Shown: positions 9,074-16,382 of the stretch, piece by piece | Numbering within the stretch: the stretch's first letter is position 1 | Layout of the letters: each line of letters starts with the position of its first letter | Source: Burkholderiales bacterium | GTDB taxonomy: Bacteria > Pseudomonadota > Gammaproteobacteria > Burkholderiales > Burkholderiaceae_C | Direction: 5' to 3' | DNA: 32,000 nt | Assembly: GCA_026400155.1 (NCBI GenBank) | Contig: JAPLPO010000024.1 | Location: forward strand, 44,053-76,052 | The notes under the pieces: model-generated | Told to the model about the DNA's origin: nothing | The model's database searches: none | What the model saw: the letters and a program-made list of their open reading frames with translations, nothing else | Translations under genes and position numbers: made by a program

Positions 9074-10321
9074 CTAGACCTTGGGCGATACCACTCGCTT
9101 CAAGCGCCACAACAAAAACAAAGCAATGCACAAATTCAAAGCATTCCACAGCACCCCATTCACAAAGGCCGCATGATAAGACCCCGTTAAGTCAAACACC
9201 TTGCCCGACATCCAGCCCCCTAGCGCCATGCCAATCATGGTGGCCATGATGACGGCGCCCACCAAAACACCCACCCGCTTGGCCGGAAAATATTCGCGAA
9301 CAATGATGGCGTAAGACGGCACGATACCGCCCTGAAACAAGCCAAACAAAGCCGAGATCACATACAAAGACACCATGCCATCAAACGGCAAAAACAAAAG
9401 CAAGGCCACGCCCTGAAGGACCGATCCGAGCACCAAGGTTCTAAGGCCCCCAATGCGGTCACAAATGGCCCCCGAAATAAGCCGGCTCACAATGCCACAC
9501 GCCAACATGAGTGACAACATTTCAGAACCGCGCGCCGCCCCAAAACCCAGATCGGAGCAGTAGGCCACGATGTGCACTTGCGGCATGGCCATGGCCACAC
9601 AACAGGCTACGCCCGCCACACAAAGCAAAGCATGCGCGGCATTGACGGGCAAACCAAATGGCCTTTCTGAAGCCAGTGACTGCACACTGCCCGGCGCTGC
9701 CATCACCATCATGGGCGGACGCTGCCGCATCAAGAAAGACAAGCCCAGCATGCCGAAGCCACACACAATGCCAATCCAAATATAGGTTTCGCGCCAGCCC
9801 AAAAGTTCGACACCTTGCTGAGCAAGTGCAGGCCAAATGCTCCCCGCCAAATAATTGCCGCTGGCACAAACGGCCACGGCAATACCGCGGCGCTTGTCCC
9901 ACCAAAGTGAGGTGTCAGCCAGCAGGGGCGCAAATGTGGATGAACTGCCCAAGAGCCCCATGAGCAGGCCATGTGCTAAAGCAAACCACCAAATGCTGGA
10001 CGCCATGCCCGCCAAAATAAAACCGCTGCCCACACCCACAGCGCCAATCCAAAGGGCAACATGCACACCCCATTTGTCGGCCAACTTGCCCATGGCCAGA
10101 CCACCGGCCCCAAAGCCCAACATCATGAGGGTGTAAGGCAAGGAAGCATCGGCCCTGGAAATGCCAAATTCTTTTTGCACTTCAGGCAGCACCACCGACA
10201 CCACATACATGCTGCTGCCGCCCAGCGTCATGAGAAGAAGCGTAATGAAGAGACGACGGGCGGCGTAGGCCGAGTCGATGAGGGAGGCGTCGGCTTGGAG
10301 GGATGATGCGGTATTCACCAA
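9074..10321 (-). CDS. MFS transporter (oxalate/formate-antiporter-like subfamily)
   Basis: The 415-aa product has about 12 hydrophobic segments, an MFS-like loop (GKLADKWG) and overall OFA-type features. Confidence 0.85.
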   Translation of the reverse strand: MVNTASSLQADASLIDSAYAARRLFITLLLMTLGGSSMYVVSVVLPEVQKEFGISRADASLPYTLMMLGFGAGGLAMGKLADKWGVHVALWIGAVGVGSGFILAGMASSIWWFALAHGLLMGLLGSSSTFAPLLADTSLWWDKRRGIAVAVCASGNYLAGSIWPALAQQGVELLGWRETYIWIGIVCGFGMLGLSFLMRQRPPMMVMAAPGSVQSLASERPFGLPVNAAHALLCVAGVACCVAMAMPQVHIVAYCSDLGFGAARGSEMLSLMLACGIVSRLISGAICDRIGGLRTLVLGSVLQGVALLLFLPFDGMVSLYVISALFGLFQGGIVPSYAIIVREYFPAKRVGVLVGAVIMATMIGMALGGWMSGKVFDLTGSYHAAFVNGVLWNALNLCIALFLLWRLKRVVSPKV

Positions 10322-10388
10322 CCCACCTTATCACCCCCACGGGGTATCCCTCCTCCCTGATTTCCCCTAAAAGCAGGCATTTTCCTGA

Positions 10389-10397
10389 TGCTATAAT
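10389..10397 (+). promoter_or_regulatory. Extended -10 promoter element (TGCTATAAT) for tRNA-Phe
   Basis: TGnTATAAT ends 13 nt upstream of the mature tRNA 5' end. No good -35 element is seen. Confidence 0.5.
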
Positions 10398-10410
10398 CCC
10401 GCTTCTCCAA

Positions 10411-10486
10411 GGCCCGGTAGCTCAGTTGGTAGAGCAGCGGATTGAAAATCCGCGTGTCACTGGTTCGATTCCAGTCCAGGCCACCA
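10411..10486 (+). tRNA. tRNA-Phe (anticodon GAA)
   Basis: The 76-nt cloverleaf has these parts:
- acceptor stem GGCCCGG/CCAGGCC, with one C5:A68 mismatch
- D arm GCUC-AGUUGGUA-GAGC
- anticodon stem GCGGA/UCCGC with loop UUGAAAA
- T arm ACUGG-UUCGAUU-CCAGU
- an encoded CCA end

It is closely collinear with E. coli tRNA-Phe. Confidence 0.95.
10442..10486 (+). repeat. attL: 45-bp direct repeat forming the 3' part of the functional tRNA-Phe
   Basis: ttgaaaatccgcgtgtcactggttcgattccagtccaggccacca is identical to 16831-16875. Confidence 0.95.
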
Positions 10487-10491
10487 TTTAG

Positions 10492-10530
10492 AACCGTCGT
10501 ATTACTTTGTAGTACGGCGGTTTTTCTTTT
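10492..10530 (+). terminator. Rho-independent terminator supplied by the island downstream of tRNA-Phe
   Basis: A 10-bp stem pairs aaccgtcgta with tacggcggtt (one G:U pair), with an 11-nt loop. It is followed by tttttctttt. Confidence 0.7.
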
Positions 10531-10589
10531 GGGGCAGCGTGTTTCACTTGTAAACGCCTACGCTGTACAGACTTTCCCCCTACGTTGCT

Positions 10590-11792
10590 GTGACTTTGTT
10601 GTATGACATACAGCACAAATACAGGGGAAGTGACACGGGATACGAAACTCCGTGTGTCAGTCGCCACGCTTGCCGCAGCACAACCCAGCACCGCTACCGA
10701 CTTGCTGACGGCACTTGGCACCGTGTATCAACACGTAAAGCAAGCGTAGAACAAGCAGTTGCTGTCGCTTGCGACTTGTACGACGAAGCACGGTACAGAC
10801 AACGCTTGGGTTTAGCACACCGAGCACACACGTTCGCACAAATAGCAGCGATTACAACAGCAGAACTGCGACGCAAGATTGACGCAACAACAGGCAAAAC
10901 ATCGTTTCACGATTACTTGTCTTGTATTGAACGTTACTTTCTTCCGTACTTTGCGGACAAACGCATTGAACAACTGACACACAGTGACATCGCGGAGTTT
11001 GAGGTGTGGCGTGATAAACAAATGCGACGTAAACCTAAAGCGTCAACATTACTGAACTTCGCAAGTGCGTGGAACAGGATTGTTGATACAGCAGTAACGC
11101 AGGGATACATCAGCGAACGTGTTCCAGTTCCCAAACTTACAACACGCGGAGAGAAAGGTAAAACACGTCCTGCGTTTTCAGAACAAGAAGTACAACAGTT
11201 ACTTGAGTTTATGAATGTATGGCAAACGCAGGGACGAATGGCTGTAGAACGTGACATTCGTCCTTTGTTGCGTGACTACATTGAAATACTTATGTACACA
11301 GGAATGCGTCACGGAACTGAGGCGATGGGTATCTGCTGGAACAACATAGAGTGGCACACACACAAAGATGTACGTTACATACGTATTTGGGTTGACGGAA
11401 AAACAGGTGGACGTTGGTTGATTGCGAAACACGCAGCAGTTGATGTACTGCGACGCTTACATCAGCGACAGCAAGACATACAACACCTGTCTTTTGATGA
11501 GTTGTTGTCGCAACGTGTTACGCATAAGTTGTTTCGTTTCAGCAACGGCTACGAACCGCACAGTTTTGTAGGTACGTTTAGACGTTTGATGCGTGACAGT
11601 GGATTAGCGTTGACAGCGGATGGACAGAACAGAACGCTGTATTCCTTCCGTCACACTTACGCAACATTAGAACTTATTCGTAACAGTACAGACATACACA
11701 CCTTAAGCAAACAGATGGGAAACTCTGCGGCAATGATTGAACGTCACTACAGCAAGTTGACGGCAACAACGGCAGCGGAAAGACTCGCTTAA
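10590..11792 (+). CDS. int: Tyrosine-type site-specific integrase (island integrase; start uncertain, GTG/TTG)
   Basis: The C-terminal catalytic domain has YTGMRHGTE (Arg), YSFRHTYATLEL (box II, xxR-H) and MGNSAAMIERHYSK (catalytic Tyr). The N-terminus has an arm/core-binding-like region. The gene is adjacent to attL. There is no in-frame ATG near the 5' end. Confidence 0.9.
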   Translation: MTLLYDIQHKYRGSDTGYETPCVSRHACRSTTQHRYRLADGTWHRVSTRKASVEQAVAVACDLYDEARYRQRLGLAHRAHTFAQIAAITTAELRRKIDATTGKTSFHDYLSCIERYFLPYFADKRIEQLTHSDIAEFEVWRDKQMRRKPKASTLLNFASAWNRIVDTAVTQGYISERVPVPKLTTRGEKGKTRPAFSEQEVQQLLEFMNVWQTQGRMAVERDIRPLLRDYIEILMYTGMRHGTEAMGICWNNIEWHTHKDVRYIRIWVDGKTGGRWLIAKHAAVDVLRRLHQRQQDIQHLSFDELLSQRVTHKLFRFSNGYEPHSFVGTFRRLMRDSGLALTADGQNRTLYSFRHTYATLELIRNSTDIHTLSKQMGNSAAMIERHYSKLTATTAAERLA

Positions 11793-11799
11793 AAAATAG

Positions 11800-11827
11800 T
11801 TGATTATTATTTTGAGATAGTTATGAT
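11800..11827 (+). promoter_or_regulatory. Candidate sigma70 promoter for the island lipoprotein/H-NS-like/orf315 genes
   Basis: TTGATT (11800-11805), a 16-nt spacer, then TATGAT (11822-11827), about 35 nt upstream of the ATG at 11863. Confidence 0.35.
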
Positions 11828-11862
11828 TACACGAAGAATATTCAACACAATGGAGTCACGCA

Positions 11863-12510
11863 ATGCTTAAAAACATTAAGACTGTCCTTACTGCTTGTAC
11901 AGTAACGTTCCTAACAGCCTGTGGCGGTGGAGGCGGAGACAGTGGGGGAAGTGTAAGTAATCCGCCTCAATCAACAGATAAAATCAGTGGGGTTACTCTG
12001 AACCCTGCTTCAGCAATTCAATCAGCATACACGGCTGTTGGAAATACTTCTGATTCAACTTACAAGTATCAGTTTAGTCAATCAAATCCAGAAACAATTG
12101 GCGGTAACACATATCAAGTTCAAACCATCATCAGAGTTGCTGCGGATGGAAATACTTCAACTGTGAAAAGATATTACACGTTGAATCCGTTTAAGATTTA
12201 CACACCACCCTACACTTATTCAGAAGCACCTGTAAATGGAATAATTTTACAGAATACAACTGTGACACTGTCTCTCGGTGTTCTCCCAACTTCAGCAAAG
12301 GTTGGCGACTTTGGACAATATGAAACATCAAGTTCTGCTGTGTGCGACACACTCGGTGCGAAAACTTGTGTAACGGTTGCTGGTAGTTCAAGTTGGACGC
12401 TTGATAAGGTATCAGATACTCTCGCACAACTTTGTTATGGTGCTTTAAACAATCCTAGAGCGACTCCTAGAACTTGCGTTAATTTAAACGCTAACAGCCA
12501 AATTGAATAA
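11863..12510 (+). CDS. Island-encoded lipoprotein, unknown function
   Basis: RBS GGAG lies 7 nt upstream. The signal peptide has the lipobox FLTAC, followed by GGGGGDSGGS. The gene has low GC. Confidence 0.75.
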   Translation: MLKNIKTVLTACTVTFLTACGGGGGDSGGSVSNPPQSTDKISGVTLNPASAIQSAYTAVGNTSDSTYKYQFSQSNPETIGGNTYQVQTIIRVAADGNTSTVKRYYTLNPFKIYTPPYTYSEAPVNGIILQNTTVTLSLGVLPTSAKVGDFGQYETSSSAVCDTLGAKTCVTVAGSSSWTLDKVSDTLAQLCYGALNNPRATPRTCVNLNANSQIE

Positions 12511-12567
12511 TCCTACTTGAATGGTAATAAGTAGTTTCAACTGATTTTTTACAAAGGAGAAACCGAA

Positions 12568-12864
12568 ATGGCAACTGAACAACTTGACGCACGTACATTG
12601 TTAGCACAGATGGAAGCAGAACGTACTGCCGCACAAGAAAAAGCAAAGAAAGCAGAAGCAGATTACGAAGCAAAAAGCAAAGAGTTACTTGCGAAGTTGC
12701 GTGATGACGATCTTGCTGATGTTGTTGCTAAATGTAAACTTCACGGTTTTACAGCAACGGATTTACGTGGTGCGTTGAAAACAAAAAGCACAAGAAAAGC
12801 AACTCCCCGCAAAAGCACCGCACGTAAAAGCACAGGACGCGGCAAGTCTAAAAAAACAACCTAA
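12568..12864 (+). CDS. Small H-NS-like (nucleoid-associated) protein, putative; truncated/minimal DNA-binding tail
   Basis: A strong RBS AAGGAGA is present. The N-terminus is a charged coiled coil. VVAKCKLHGFTATDLRGAL resembles the central segment of Burkholderiales H-NS-like proteins. The Lys/Arg/Ser/Thr tail ends in TGRGKSKK. Homology is judged from memory, not from a search. Confidence 0.45.
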   Translation: MATEQLDARTLLAQMEAERTAAQEKAKKAEADYEAKSKELLAKLRDDDLADVVAKCKLHGFTATDLRGALKTKSTRKATPRKSTARKSTGRGKSKKTT

Positions 12865-12877
12865 TCAACACAGTGCG

Positions 12878-13825
12878 TTGGTGTCTCAGTACACCACGCA
12901 GTTGTTGATGCCAGAAGTTGATGCGTGTATTGATTTAATTCAGCACACTAACTACAGCATTCCAACGCTACAGTACGGTGAGCGTGTACTGATACAGCGT
13001 GAAGACAGTGGCTATCGCGGCGTTGGTGCTGACGCTTACGTGTTTACGGAAAAAGACTACGTTGACGGATACGAACCGGAAACCTACACGCTACCAGACG
13101 CAGATTTCAACGCAACGTTAAGCAATGAGCAAGTACAGCGTCTAAACAAAATAAACGAACTGCTGCGTCGCTTTGTAAACGGACTCAGTGTCAGTGACAA
13201 ACAAATCAAGAGTGTGCTGGACGCAGAGCAGTACAGCGAATACAGCAACGCACTCACAAGCCAACAGCACTTGAGCGAAATCACCTACGGTGACGGCGAG
13301 CCTAGTACGTTGCGTCCGTACAAGACTTGGGTAAAGCAGGGTGACTTTGAGTACAACAAGTACGATCGTATGAGTTCGTCACGCAGCAGTGGACGTGCCA
13401 AATACAAGTCAGAAACAATTGACCGTGTGTACAACAAGTCTGACGGCTTCTACGAACGTGCGTTGGAATGTTTAGAAGAACTCTGGGGTATTTCAACAGG
13501 TTACGAGCAGCATCAACTACAGAAGTGGATGGACAGAGACATTGACTTTGATGCTGGTATGGAAAGAAAAATCGGCATTGGACCTGTGCTCATTCCACGT
13601 GTTCGCGGCAGTCGTAGTAGCAACGCACTTGACAGCGGTTTACCGAAATTGAGCAAACGTCTAAAACGAAAAGAGTGTCAGTTGTTGGCGTTGCGTGACG
13701 CTGCTTGGAAGTTGGCGTTCAAACCAGATGATGAAGCGGAAGTTAGTCCGGAAGATACGTTGAAGTTGCGAGAACGGATTGCGAAAATGCGTATTCAACG
13801 TAACATTAACACTGAACGTGATTAA
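12878..13825 (+). CDS. Hypothetical protein (315 aa), no recognised domain
   Basis: This is a long ORF with island-typical codon usage. The start is unclear (TTG 12878, GTG 12881 or ATG 12908) and has no obvious RBS. Its stop codon overlaps the stop codon of the convergent recombinase gene within TTAA at 13822-13825. Confidence 0.6.
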   Translation: MVSQYTTQLLMPEVDACIDLIQHTNYSIPTLQYGERVLIQREDSGYRGVGADAYVFTEKDYVDGYEPETYTLPDADFNATLSNEQVQRLNKINELLRRFVNGLSVSDKQIKSVLDAEQYSEYSNALTSQQHLSEITYGDGEPSTLRPYKTWVKQGDFEYNKYDRMSSSRSSGRAKYKSETIDRVYNKSDGFYERALECLEELWGISTGYEQHQLQKWMDRDIDFDAGMERKIGIGPVLIPRVRGSRSSNALDSGLPKLSKRLKRKECQLLALRDAAWKLAFKPDDEAEVSPEDTLKLRERIAKMRIQRNINTERD

Positions 13826-14394
13826 ACCAACTCAACAGCACTACGTTTTACATCATCGTTTACAAAAACATATTTTTGCGTTGTAGTTATGGATTTGTGT
13901 CCCGCAAGTGCGGCAAGTACAAATACAGAAACACCTTTGCCAGCAAGTGAAGTTAGAAACGTCTTGCGTCCACTGTGCGAACTGGCACCTTTAACTCCTG
14001 CGTTTTTATACATCCAGTAAAAGTACTGCGTCAACGTGTTGGCAGTGAACGCACATCTTGGACCGCGATGTGTAGTGAACAGTGGCTGTTCTGACTCAAA
14101 CCATTTGCGTGATTGGATGTATTCAGCAAGTTCTATACGCACAGCATTGTTTAGGAACACGGTGCGAGCGTGTCCGTGTTTTACTCGTTCAGCAGCAAGC
14201 AGAACTTCGCTGCGTATTGTTCCGTCAGCATCAAGTACATCACTCAACTTCAAATCAGCAACTTCGCTGACACGCAGTCCTGCGTTCGTGGTTAGCAGAA
14301 ACATAACGCGATTTCGCATTGCGTTTGCGTTTTGACTGATAAAAGCAAGTGCTCGTTCAATCTCTGCGTGTGTAAGTGATTTTGCTGCTGCCAT
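13822..14394 (-). CDS. Short (190 aa) catalytic-domain-only tyrosine recombinase with FimB/FimE-like architecture
   Basis: RBS AGGAGA lies upstream of the ATG. A full catalytic set is visible:
- Arg in NAGLRVSEV
- Lys in ERVKHGHARTVFL
- H-x-x-R in SHSGRKTF
- His and Tyr in GHKSITTTQKY

The N-terminal SLTHAEIERAL parallels the FimB segment FLTHSEIESLL. There is no N-terminal core-binding domain. Confidence 0.85.
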   Translation of the reverse strand: MAAAKSLTHAEIERALAFISQNANAMRNRVMFLLTTNAGLRVSEVADLKLSDVLDADGTIRSEVLLAAERVKHGHARTVFLNNAVRIELAEYIQSRKWFESEQPLFTTHRGPRCAFTANTLTQYFYWMYKNAGVKGASSHSGRKTFLTSLAGKGVSVFVLAALAGHKSITTTQKYVFVNDDVKRSAVELV

Positions 14395-15277
14395 TTGTAC
14401 TCTCCTAATAATGTTGTTGTTTTAAGTATGTGATCTTTGGTGTTGGTTGGACAAGTAAGTCCCGATGTTTTGGCGGGTTGATGTGAAAACGTTTAAGAAC
14501 AACAGGTTGCGTTGCCGTCAACACAGTTCATACATTCTCTTATCTCGTATATTTACTGCGTTTGATGCGTTGTTTGTGGCATTTAGAACACAGCAGCACA
14601 TAGATTGCTTAAAACACCCTACAACGCACGTTTAACCATCGTCAGCATCGTAGCGGGCAAGACATTCAAAACGAACGCTTGTGCGTTTGATTTGATGTAC
14701 TGCTGTGCGTTGCTGTACAAAATTCATCTGTAGCAACGCAAAATCTGTGCTGTAGTTTTCAACACATCTGTAGATCTCAATACCAGGTGATTTGCTCTAA
14801 CCCCAGTTATGTACAGCAAGTGGTAAAACGAATGTATTACCTGTTTTCTGTGTTGTTATGAGCGAACTTGAAGTTCGCTTGTGTATCGCTTTCGCTCACA
14901 CAACTTGCTTCGCACATATTTGATTTATTGAAAGCCGAACACAACGCAGTTGTGTGAGGGGATGTTTGGTTGATTTAGATTAGATTGGACGCACGACGGC
15001 TATAGCACGAACATAAATGTTTAATGCTATTCGCCGCCGTGTCGTGTAGTTTGATTTGAGTTGAGTCGTTACTACACGCCTGTAACAGAGTTTTTGTGGA
15101 GACCGATGTATTGAAACTCCCAGCCGTTGTTACACGTACTGCTCTGCGGCTTCGCCTATTGTTCACACGCTGTTACAGCAACGTGTGTAGGACAGGGACA
15201 TTAGCCGTCATATTTCGCCCTGTATTTGTTCCCTTTGTTAGCAAGTGGATTATCTTGCGTTGTTTCTGTGTGTACTT
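14395..15277. other. ~880-bp ORF-poor region rich in inverted repeats (candidate invertible switch, regulatory region or ncRNA)
   Basis: No convincing ORF is present. Only 60-64-aa ORFs with no RBS and poor composition occur (the 63-aa minus-strand one I checked starts at GTG). The region holds the recombinase promoter and lies downstream of orf106 on the minus strand. It contains a perfect 19-bp palindrome and several 8-10-bp inverted-repeat pairs. Confidence 0.5.
14861..14879. repeat. Perfect 9-1-9 palindrome agcgaactt-g-aagttcgct (candidate operator or hairpin)
   Basis: Read directly from the sequence. Additional AGCGAA half-site copies lie on the minus strand at 14891-14896, with the variant AGCGAT at 14885-14890. 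Confidence 0.9.
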
Positions 15278-15598
15278 TTATGCTGCTTGACGTTTACGTC
15301 TGTTATCTTTGTATTCACCACGCTTAACACGTGCGGCAAGGTTAAGAACACGATAGCAATCCCCGTCCGTAATCCTGTCACGTTTATTTTTATCTGAATA
15401 GCAACGTCTGAAGTTTTTAAGAATCCGTTTTGTTGGTTTATCCAGTGTCGCAGAATACATATCGAGCAACTGCGTTGCCGCTTGCTGTGCTTGAAGTGTT
15501 TTTGGTTTGGTTTTGGTAAAAGATTTGATGTTGATTCCGTTGGTGCGTAACCAGTCATCTGTTTTCTTTGTATCTTTTAAGTTCTTGTAGTAGTTCAT
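15278..15598 (-). CDS. Hypothetical basic protein (106 aa)
   Basis: The ORF is Lys/Arg-rich, with a more plausible composition than the overlapping 102-aa frame. It has no clear RBS and I do not recognise a family. Confidence 0.4.
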   Translation of the reverse strand: MNYYKNLKDTKKTDDWLRTNGINIKSFTKTKPKTLQAQQAATQLLDMYSATLDKPTKRILKNFRRCYSDKNKRDRITDGDCYRVLNLAARVKRGEYKDNRRKRQAA

Positions 15599-15762
15599 AC
15601 ATTTATTTAGTAGCGAGATAAGAAAAGACGACTAAAACTGAGCGTTTATTTGGTGGTTTTCGCGTGTTTTGGACAAAATAGTTTTTTCAGCAGATTTCGG
15701 TTGTCCAGATACTGGTGATGAAACTAAAGTTAGTTCATTGCTACACAGAAAGGACATCAGCA

Positions 15763-16203
15763 ATGAACGCTTTGAATACATTGAAACTGGTCGCAGCACA
15801 GAAACCTACATCGCTGCCGCAAGTTGAACAACGACGCAACAAGTTGGTTAAACGAATTTGGGAACAGATTGAACTTGCTAAAGCAGAACAATCTGGAACA
15901 ACGTTTTCACCTGTTAAGTTCCGCAGTTACGCAGATAAAGAAACAGGTGTACGCAAGCAAGTAGAAACAAACAAGCGTGTTAAAGCGTGGTGGTTTACAT
16001 CTGAAAACGGAAAGTTAGCGTTATGTGTGCGTTTCGGTCCTAAAGTTTTAGAACTTGCGAAGGGTAAGTTTGCTGTTGAAGTTTCTAACAGCAGCGAAAT
16101 CGTCAACGTACTTGAGATTGTCAAACGTGCTGTACTAAACGGTGAACTTGACTCTGCGATAGACAACGCTGCGAAAAAACTACGTGACGGATTTGCGAAA
16201 TGA
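15763..16203 (+). CDS. Conserved hypothetical protein (147 aa) of a type seen in proteobacterial islands
   Basis: ATG at 15763 has AAAGGA about 9 nt upstream; the ORF track begins earlier, at GTG 15715. From memory, MNALNTLKLVAAQKP...RRNKLVKRIWEQIELAKA...WWF...ELAKGK...ELD resembles a recurrent uncharacterised family. I cannot name it with confidence. Confidence 0.65.
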   Translation: MNALNTLKLVAAQKPTSLPQVEQRRNKLVKRIWEQIELAKAEQSGTTFSPVKFRSYADKETGVRKQVETNKRVKAWWFTSENGKLALCVRFGPKVLELAKGKFAVEVSNSSEIVNVLEIVKRAVLNGELDSAIDNAAKKLRDGFAK

Positions 16204-16349
16204 AACGTTGGCAGTTGTGGGTGCGTGTGTCACTTACGCAAACAGCACACACTATCGTGTTTGCCAGCAACGCATACGAAGCAAAGTTGCTTGGCGAAGC
16301 ACATTACGGCATAGGAAATGTGCTGAACTACACAGAGATGTGTAACTAA
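16200..16349 (+). CDS. Small hypothetical protein (49 aa), translationally coupled to the upstream ORF
   Basis: It is below the ORF-track cutoff. ATG at 16200 overlaps the TGA of orf147 in an ATGA junction. It translates to MKRWQLWVRVSLTQTAHTIVFASNAYEAKLLGEAHYGIGNVLNYTEMCN. Confidence 0.35.
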   Translation: MKRWQLWVRVSLTQTAHTIVFASNAYEAKLLGEAHYGIGNVLNYTEMCN

Positions 16350-16382
16350 TGTGCGTTCCACATACGCATCATTAAATACTTG

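Noticed and set aside
12513-12550. A hairpin after the island lipoprotein gene (ctactt/aagtag, followed by a T-rich tract) as a terminator.
   Set aside because: The stem is only 6 bp and AT-rich. It also overlaps the likely promoter/RBS region of the next gene, so the case is too weak to annotate.
14686-15062. Short direct repeats that could be iterons: CATCTGTAG at 14725-14733 and 14765-14773, TTGATTT-type words at about 14686, 14919, 14968 and 15050, and a DnaA-box-like gtggattat near 15246.
   Set aside because: Repeats of 8-9 bp are expected by chance at about this frequency in 900 bp of biased sequence. No rep gene is present, and the DnaA-box match has two mismatches.
14395-15277. The idea that the non-coding region is a CRISPR array, a ToxI-like tandem RNA repeat, a retron msr/msd, or a guide ('bridge'-type) RNA for the adjacent recombinase.
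   Set aside because: There are no periodic tandem repeats. No cas, toxN or reverse-transcriptase gene is nearby. RNA guidance is known for IS110-type serine-like recombinases, not for tyrosine recombinases, and nothing in the sequence shows complementarity to the att sites. I keep it only as a generic 'structured region' finding.
14975-15558. Small ORFs in or next to the non-coding region: 14975-15166 (-), 15096-15290 (+), 15250-15558 (-), and a 56-aa plus-strand frame from 14465.
   Set aside because: They have no Shine-Dalgarno sequence and a Cys/Arg/Ser-rich composition; the one start I checked (14975-15166) is GTG. They mutually overlap. I treat them as non-coding, but small-protein coding cannot be formally excluded.
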